The notes under the pieces were generated by a model that worked only from the letters and a program-made list of their open reading frames with translations, made no database searches and was not told the DNA's origin. A stretch of 64,000 nucleotides of DNA, taken from positions 1,674,001 to 1,738,000 of the forward strand of contig CM030332.1 of the NCBI GenBank assembly GCA_017654855.1. Direction: 5' to 3'. Numbering within the stretch: the first letter of the stretch is position 1; the number at the start of each line of letters is the position of its first letter. The position numbers were made by a program, and so were the translations under genes. This document shows positions 61,877 to 64,000 of the stretch, piece by piece. Source of the DNA: Podospora anserina (Eukaryota).

Positions 61877-63128
61877 ATGATCAACGTACCAGTGACCCTC
61901 CTCTCGCTGTCGGCGGTAGCCACGGCTGCTGCTTTGGCCGATGCCAACTCCCAGTCTACCAGCCCTAACCCAAGCCCACGACAACATGCCAGAGATACAC
62001 TCCAGAAGCGTGCCAACTGCGGTGCTGGCATTGGAAACTGCCCTTCCGGTCAATGCTGCTCTCAATACGGCTGGTGTGGCGTCACCTCTGAACATTGCGG
62101 AACTGGTTGCCAAAGCGGCTTTGGAACCTGTACAGGTGGTGGAGGTGGAAACAATGAAGAAACTCTGTCGACTCCTCGGCCAAAATTTGGAAGCATCCCC
62201 TATGGTAAGCCCCTCTCTGAGATAATTTGAAAACATGAAAACAAGATGACTTACACTTTTCAAAGGCGTCACCATCACCAACTGCAACGCCGCGGGCACC
62301 ATCGCCCTCACGTTCGACGATGGCCCCTTCCTCTACACCAACCAGCTCCTTGACCTCCTCGCCCAGCAGCAAGTCAAGGCCACCTTCTTCACCAACGGCC
62401 TCAACTGGGGAGACGCAACCCAAGCACCATACCCCGATGTCCTGCGCCGCATTGTAAACGACGGCCACCAGCTCGGCTCCCACACCTACAACCACCCAGA
62501 CCTCAACACCCTCACCACCGCCGCCCGCAGAAGCAACATGGCGCAAAACGAAAAGATCTTCAAGGACGCCCTCGGCGGGTACTTCCCCACCTACATGCGC
62601 CCTCCTTACGGCAGCTGCACCGGCCAGTGCCTCACCGACCTGGGCGACCTCGGCTATCACGTCATCAACTGGAACATCGACACCCTCGACTACCAAGGCA
62701 ACATCCCCAACAGCCAAAACATCTTCAACAGCGCCGTCAGCACCAACGCCGCGGCCAACAAGTACATCGCCCTCGCCCACGACGTCCACCAGGCGACCGT
62801 TCAGCAGCTTGCCCTGGGTTTGATCCAGACCGCCAAGAACAGGGGCTACCGTCTGGTGACTGTCGGCGAGTGCCTTGGTGATGCTCCCGTCAACTGGTAT
62901 CGTGATGCCACGACTGGCAATGCTCGCACCGGCGGCGGTGGTGGCAGCGGCGGCAACCCCAACCCCGGCCCCATCACCTCGACTAATGGTCTCTGCGGCA
63001 GCACAAACGGCAATATGAACTGCCTCAACTCTGGGTTCGGCAACTGCTGCTCTCAATGGGGCTTCTGCGGCTCTACCGCTGAGTACTGCGGTGCCAACTG
63101 CCAGCGGGCCTTTGGAAATTGCAATTAG
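61877..63128 (+). CDS. Secreted chitin deacetylase, CBM18-CE4-CBM18; intron 62205-62265
   Basis: Signal peptide and KR site; hevein CCSQYGWCG and CCSQWGFCG domains; CE4 motifs [28 protein letters not shown]. Confidence 0.95.
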
Positions 63129-63164
63129 CTGAGATAAGAGTATATATATGTCCGCGGGGACAAT

Positions 63165-63208
63165 GGGGTTTTCAATGGGTTTTCAACGGGTTTTCAACGG
63201 GGTTTTCA
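63165..63208 (+). repeat. About four copies of an 11-12 bp GGGTTTTCAA(C/T) repeat in the 3' UTR
   Basis: ggggttttcaatgggttttcaacgggttttcaacggggttttca. Confidence 0.75.
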
Positions 63209-64000
63209 GTTAATAAATAATGCTCCTTACATCATGTCCACAAAGTGATGTTGAGCTGTGTGTGCCGAGATAGTGGCGTTCGATTATTGATCCTGAAAGA
63301 AACCAATGAAAACAACAGACAAGTTGAAGGCTGATGCTTGTTCAACCGTAGATAAGGGGGGGGACTTAACGGTTGGCCCAGATGTGGTAGAAAAGATGAG
63401 CTTCCTTGGCGTGGTTGCCTCCGGACGCTGCCATGTTTTGTGTGATTTTGTGATCGTGTCAAAGGACAGCTTTCAAGAGCTGTAAAGGGGGTGGATGTTT
63501 CTCATCCAATGGAACACAAATAAGAATGCGGTTGCTAACCGAGCAAGAAGCTTAGACGCCACGAGAAAGGTTTAATGCAGTGTGCCTGATGGGGGCGTCA
63601 TTTCTTGGTTCGAACTACACAATCAGTCAGCACCTTTCATAGTTTCCACTGGTGGAACTGACTTATACAAACGAGAGCGCCACGCTTACCTCATTTTCCA
63701 TATTGCTTACCTGCTGCTTCAGCCTCACCGACGTCATTTGACACTGGGTCCAATCGGCAGGAATTCAAGCCATTTGTACTTTGTAATACCAATCAGCCGA
63801 GAGTCTAGTATATTCATTGGGTCCGTAGGCGGACAATAAGGGGTTGCGTGGTCACACCGTCATACTATCTCGCAGAGGTATTAGTTCTCGCCTTTGTCCA
63901 TGTCCAAGTCGAATATCCCAGAGTCTTTTTCGAGCATCATCTTGAAAGTCTCAGGCGCTAGGGACTGACTCACCATGACATATGTAAGTTTGACTTCCAC

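Noticed and set aside
1..64000. CRISPR arrays, prokaryotic operons, intact transposase or Starship captain genes
   Set aside because: Sequence is eukaryotic; no regularly spaced repeats and no DDE, RT or tyrosine recombinase ORF seen

Overview
Eukaryotic fungal genomic DNA: short GT-AG spliceosomal introns with CTRAC branch sites, HET-domain genes and RIP-like decay. The gene content suggests a Sordariomycete, plausibly Podospora/Sordariales (inference). The left part (0-27 kb) holds conserved housekeeping genes: Zim17/Hep1 DNL zinc finger, UTP20, CWF19L1/Drn1, Cdc25/Mih1, Pol5 and proteasome alpha7/PRE10. An accessory-looking block follows (27.7-40.4 kb): an intact HET-domain gene, a tandem pair of small Cys-rich paralogs, a fatty-acid dioxygenase-P450 fusion lacking the heme Cys and with an apparent 5' frameshift, a HET pseudogene, a SAM methyltransferase and an AT-rich repeat relic. 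The right part has a Pth11-like membrane protein, a divergent MFS transporter/TauD dioxygenase pair, two uncharacterised proteins, RPL42 with an unusually long structured last intron, a DUF3433-like membrane protein with Thr/Val repeats, and a CBM18-CE4-CBM18 chitin deacetylase. Exon boundaries were read by eye, and family assignments come from motif recognition without database searches.
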